Below are positions 54,409-57,461 of a DNA stretch of 57,461 nt, one piece after another (the stretch's first letter is position 1; each line of letters begins with the position of its first letter). The stretch is from a virus (Duplodnaviria; Caudoviricetes), in IMG/VR virus record IMGVR_UViG_3300012038_000017, positions 1-57,461 of that record. One strand, written 5' to 3'. The position numbers were made by a program, and so were the translations under genes. The notes beneath the pieces are model-generated. The model saw only the letters and a list, made by a program, of their open reading frames with translations, had not been told where the DNA came from and did no database searches.

Positions 54409-56356
54409 TTTCTAGTTTCGATTTGAAAATTTCTTTCTTATCTGTGAACCTCCAATTCATATCTGATATTCCGTACTCAGCTTTCAATGGAACACTAAAC
54501 TGTACGCCTTCAATTGGCTTCTCAATTTCTTCCAAAATCAATGGCACTAATTCTTTCACTCTGCTTCTCTTAATAGAGAAAAGAAAAGCATCGTGAATAA
54601 GAGCATGAAGTATACAATCCATTGAAATAAACTTCTGTAATCTCAAGCAGATATCTTTGAATATGTCTGCTGCACTTCCTTGGCACACACTATTGAATGC
54701 TTTGAAATGAAATTCATATGGTAGATGTCTTTCCCTTCCTAGCAATGTTCGCACGAATCCTCTGCTCTTGATTACATCACCCGCTCTGTATTGCGTTGGT
54801 TTTAATTCAGGTAAAGTCTCATGGTATTTGTTGTATACTTGCAATGCGCGTTGCACCCTTAATTCTTCAGTTTTTAATTCACCAGCAATTTCTTTTAAGG
54901 ATGAAAGCATAGTGAGGCACTTACCCTTACCTCCCCCATATCCAAGCATGAAATTAACATTCTTTGCAGGTTTACGCGGTATCTTACACATATCAGCAAC
55001 CCACACATGAAAATCAGTAGTAGGATCATCATTGAATGCTTTGATTGCTTTTAGATTGTTAATGTAGTGAACGATGATTCTGAATTCAATCTGCGATAGA
55101 TCGAAGTTCACTAACACATATTCATCTTCCCACGGAACAATGTATTCTTTTGCGGGTTCCGAAAGTTGCATCATGTTCGGGAAAGTACATGACAGCCGCC
55201 CAGTCCTCACAATTTGATTATTATTTGGATGTATTAAATCCCAACCTAAAACGTGTTGTGTTATGTATGGAGTGGTGAATGAGGTCAGTAATTTCTGTTC
55301 GCGTTGATAATCAAGATATGTTTTAACTAAATGTGGATTCTCATCATAATGTTTGAACACAGATGCTTTATCAAAGCTATATTCTATTTCATCTTCTGGT
55401 AATTCACATTCAGCAAGCTTCTTCAATGTTTTTTCAGTAAAATCCATTTTCCAACCGAGTACATCACAGAATAATTTCTCAAGATATTCTTTCTTACCAG
55501 GATAGAAATGCTGCATTCCAGTTAAGCTTTTGATCTTTGTTATTCTTCGATGCTGTCTACCATGTATTCCTTTCAAATCTTTCATCAACTTTTCTCTGTC
55601 GGTCTTTAATCCAATTTGCTCCATTTGAAGAAGCATAGGAAGAAGTTGATGTTCTGTATTTACTACTCGTTGGCATCCTTTATGAATATTTGCATTACAC
55701 CATCTATATAGATGACGAACGGCAAGAACGTCAACTGCGGCATATACTGACATATGATCTGGTGGTATTAATCCATAATCTTTTAATTTTCTACCAAGAA
55801 ATTGTTTTATTCCGGCTTCATATGGTGTAATGTCAATCCCAAGTTCTTTCATCATCTCAGTCAAACCATAACTAAATTTTTCCTTTATCGGTGCGAGCTT
55901 TGAAAGATTCAAAGTATCGAGCATCGCACATTGTGGAATATATCCTGTTTCATTAATGAGAACATGCAAATCATACTTGATATTATGATTAACCCAGTAT
56001 TTTGCTCTCTGAAGTAATTCTTGAATCCATTCAATTATTCGTTCAGATGAGATATTAGGGCAATCATTTCGATTATAACAATACTCACCCTTATCATCAA
56101 TAAAAGCATGTCGCACGGGGGCGTAATAAGGTATAGGCTCATTGTCAAAAAGAATCGCTACACCAAGTATTTTGCACTTTTCATGGGGATGTATTGATGC
56201 AACATCTTTTTCACCTGATGTAGTTTCAAAGTCAAGATAAAGATTTGTTAGTGAAGATGGGAGAGGTAATTCATCATTTGGATGAAGAAGTTTAACGCAA
56301 GTATTCCATACCGGATCAATACTATTTCCTAAATAAGTAATCGGTAGTTGAAGCAT
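54356..56356 (-). CDS. polA: family A DNA polymerase with 3'-5' exonuclease
   Basis: Exonuclease DFET, HNIKYD, YAAVD; RTGRLS; motif A DLSQIEFR; motif B KNVNFMLGYG; motif C IHDA. Confidence 0.95.
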   Translation of the reverse strand: MLQLPITYLGNSIDPVWNTCVKLLHPNDELPLPSSLTNLYLDFETTSGEKDVASIHPHEKCKILGVAILFDNEPIPYYAPVRHAFIDDKGEYCYNRNDCPNISSERIIEWIQELLQRAKYWVNHNIKYDLHVLINETGYIPQCAMLDTLNLSKLAPIKEKFSYGLTEMMKELGIDITPYEAGIKQFLGRKLKDYGLIPPDHMSVYAAVDVLAVRHLYRWCNANIHKGCQRVVNTEHQLLPMLLQMEQIGLKTDREKLMKDLKGIHGRQHRRITKIKSLTGMQHFYPGKKEYLEKLFCDVLGWKMDFTEKTLKKLAECELPEDEIEYSFDKASVFKHYDENPHLVKTYLDYQREQKLLTSFTTPYITQHVLGWDLIHPNNNQIVRTGRLSCTFPNMMQLSEPAKEYIVPWEDEYVLVNFDLSQIEFRIIVHYINNLKAIKAFNDDPTTDFHVWVADMCKIPRKPAKNVNFMLGYGGGKGKCLTMLSSLKEIAGELKTEELRVQRALQVYNKYHETLPELKPTQYRAGDVIKSRGFVRTLLGRERHLPYEFHFKAFNSVCQGSAADIFKDICLRLQKFISMDCILHALIHDAFLFSIKRSRVKELVPLILEEIEKPIEGVQFSVPLKAEYGISDMNWRFTDKKEIFKSKLENANNTLFERGIWNGATA

Positions 56357-56372
56357 ATCAGGAGCCTTTGGA

Positions 56373-56867
56373 TCAGGAGCTTTGTTGTAATTTCGCTGCT
56401 GCTACTTTTGCTCTTGCATCTGCGTATGCTTTTGCTTTCATTGCAGCAAACTCAGCATATACTTGATGCCCAGGAAATCCCTTTATATCTATCATATGGA
56501 TATATCCATTTTCTTCTGGATATTTTATTGCTTGCTTTTCATATTGTGTATAATCCTTACAATAAAATACGACTTCCCATTTAAGGTCTGCTGGTATCCA
56601 TTTTGCGATTATATATTGCATCGGTGGTGCTCCTATCTTTGGTTGCTGTTTCCAAAACTTTAACGGACAAAAATCTGGAACTACTGGCATGAAGCCAATG
56701 AAATTACTAAATTCGCCAGCATCAGGAGTATTAATCCCAGGAGTAAACAAATCATCATGCCCGCACCAGAATTGATATGCTTCATCTGGTAACTCCATAT
56801 CCTTACGTTCTTCGTGAATAAGATGTTCGCATCCATCACAAGTTTCTGGTTCGCTTTCCATACTCAC
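56373..56867 (-). CDS. hypothetical protein
   Basis: CDGC...C...FCPL N-terminal module. Confidence 0.6.
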   Translation of the reverse strand: MSMESEPETCDGCEHLIHEERKDMELPDEAYQFWCGHDDLFTPGINTPDAGEFSNFIGFMPVVPDFCPLKFWKQQPKIGAPPMQYIIAKWIPADLKWEVVFYCKDYTQYEKQAIKYPEENGYIHMIDIKGFPGHQVYAEFAAMKAKAYADARAKVAAAKLQQSS

Positions 56868-57388
56868 TCCTTATTTGGATTACGCATCAGTGATTGACGC
56901 CAATCCATACCAACTGGGAATTCCATTTGAACTATTCCAGTTAATCTACAACTCGGACAATCTGGATACCAACAATCAGTTACTAAAGTCGGTCTTTCTG
57001 CGAATGCGTACCATTCTTCATTCGATTGCATCGCAATATACTTTGCGATTAACCATTCTGGCCAAGTCCATTTCTTTTTCAGGATTACCGCTCGAAATGA
57101 TTTCCAAGTAGAGAACTTCTCATCAGGCTCTTTGAGTTGTCCGTAATCGTCAATCCAATAGTCAGTAGTGGTAGGACAACGCATCACCGCATCAGCCAAT
57201 TCGTAACCTTCGGGAATTTCTACTCCAACTAATGCTATTCTATTCGCTACAATTTCCACTTTTGGTTCCTCACTTTTTGGATGAACAGTTTCAGTACCAC
57301 ATCGAGTACATTTGTGTTTTTCACCAGATGGAACTTGATATGGTAATTTAAGCATGTAATCTGAAGTGCAACAATATTGACAATACAT
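56864..57388 (-). CDS. hypothetical protein
   Basis: Zn ribbon plus PEW..KYIAM...W..F..RP...DWRQSL. Confidence 0.65.
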   Translation of the reverse strand: MYCQYCCTSDYMLKLPYQVPSGEKHKCTRCGTETVHPKSEEPKVEIVANRIALVGVEIPEGYELADAVMRCPTTTDYWIDDYGQLKEPDEKFSTWKSFRAVILKKKWTWPEWLIAKYIAMQSNEEWYAFAERPTLVTDCWYPDCPSCRLTGIVQMEFPVGMDWRQSLMRNPNKE

Positions 57389-57461
57389 TTATTTACTCCC
57401 TAAATAATGAGCATTACGAACAAACTCTGACGCCATGAATCTAGTTAAATCCCTTCGGAAA
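57389..57461 (-). CDS. 3' end of the gene starting at 328
   Basis: FRRDLTRFMASEFVRNAHYLGSK-stop; its TAA abuts the ATG of the next gene. Confidence 0.65.
   Translation of the reverse strand, partial: FRRDLTRFMASEFVRNAHYLGSK

Larger units (their letters stand above)
1..57461. mobile_element. Near-complete tailed dsDNA phage genome (siphovirus-like), probable Planctomycetota host
   Basis: TerL, portal, protease, capsid, tail, PolA and primase-helicase are all present, with no host housekeeping genes and an ORF continuing across the ends. Host is inferred from the planctomycete-type cytochrome c domain and CsrA. Confidence 0.93.

Noticed and set aside
1-57461. tRNAs, integrase, reverse transcriptase/DGR, CRISPR array, genome-wide stop recoding
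   Set aside because: None recognised by eye; all three stop codons end genes normally. tRNAscan and HMM searches were not run.

Overview
The window appears to be an essentially complete ~57.45-kb tailed dsDNA phage genome (siphovirus-like, no integrase seen). An ORF running off base 1 continues in frame at the right end through an 8-nt overlap with one mismatch. The left arm (1-19982) and right end (52009-57461) are transcribed on the minus strand and encode a CHC2-Toprim/MCM-like primase-helicase, an SSB-like protein, VRR-NUC, CsrA, a permuted GHKL ATPase, an SNF2 helicase, a family A DNA polymerase and about 45 small hypotheticals. A 1.3-kb repeat-rich divergent control/origin region lies at 20007-21313. 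The plus-strand arm carries exported proteins, a fibre, TerL, portal, Clp protease, capsid, tail and glyco-enzymes. A planctomycete-type cytochrome c domain, CsrA and the style of the secreted Cys-rich proteins suggest a Planctomycetota host (inference). The most unusual items are: (1) four signal-peptide proteins, two with CxxCH heme-c motifs, beside a holin-like gene in a genome with no recognisable endolysin; (2) a candidate 3'UTR sRNA whose 14-nt segment is antisense to a GTCTGCAC motif at the start regions of five phage genes; (3) a dispersed family of covarying RNA hairpins between left-arm genes; (4) an in-frame UGA at a likely Cys position followed by a SECIS-like hairpin; (5) very Cys-rich virion proteins. 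All calls were made by eye from motifs; no searches were run.
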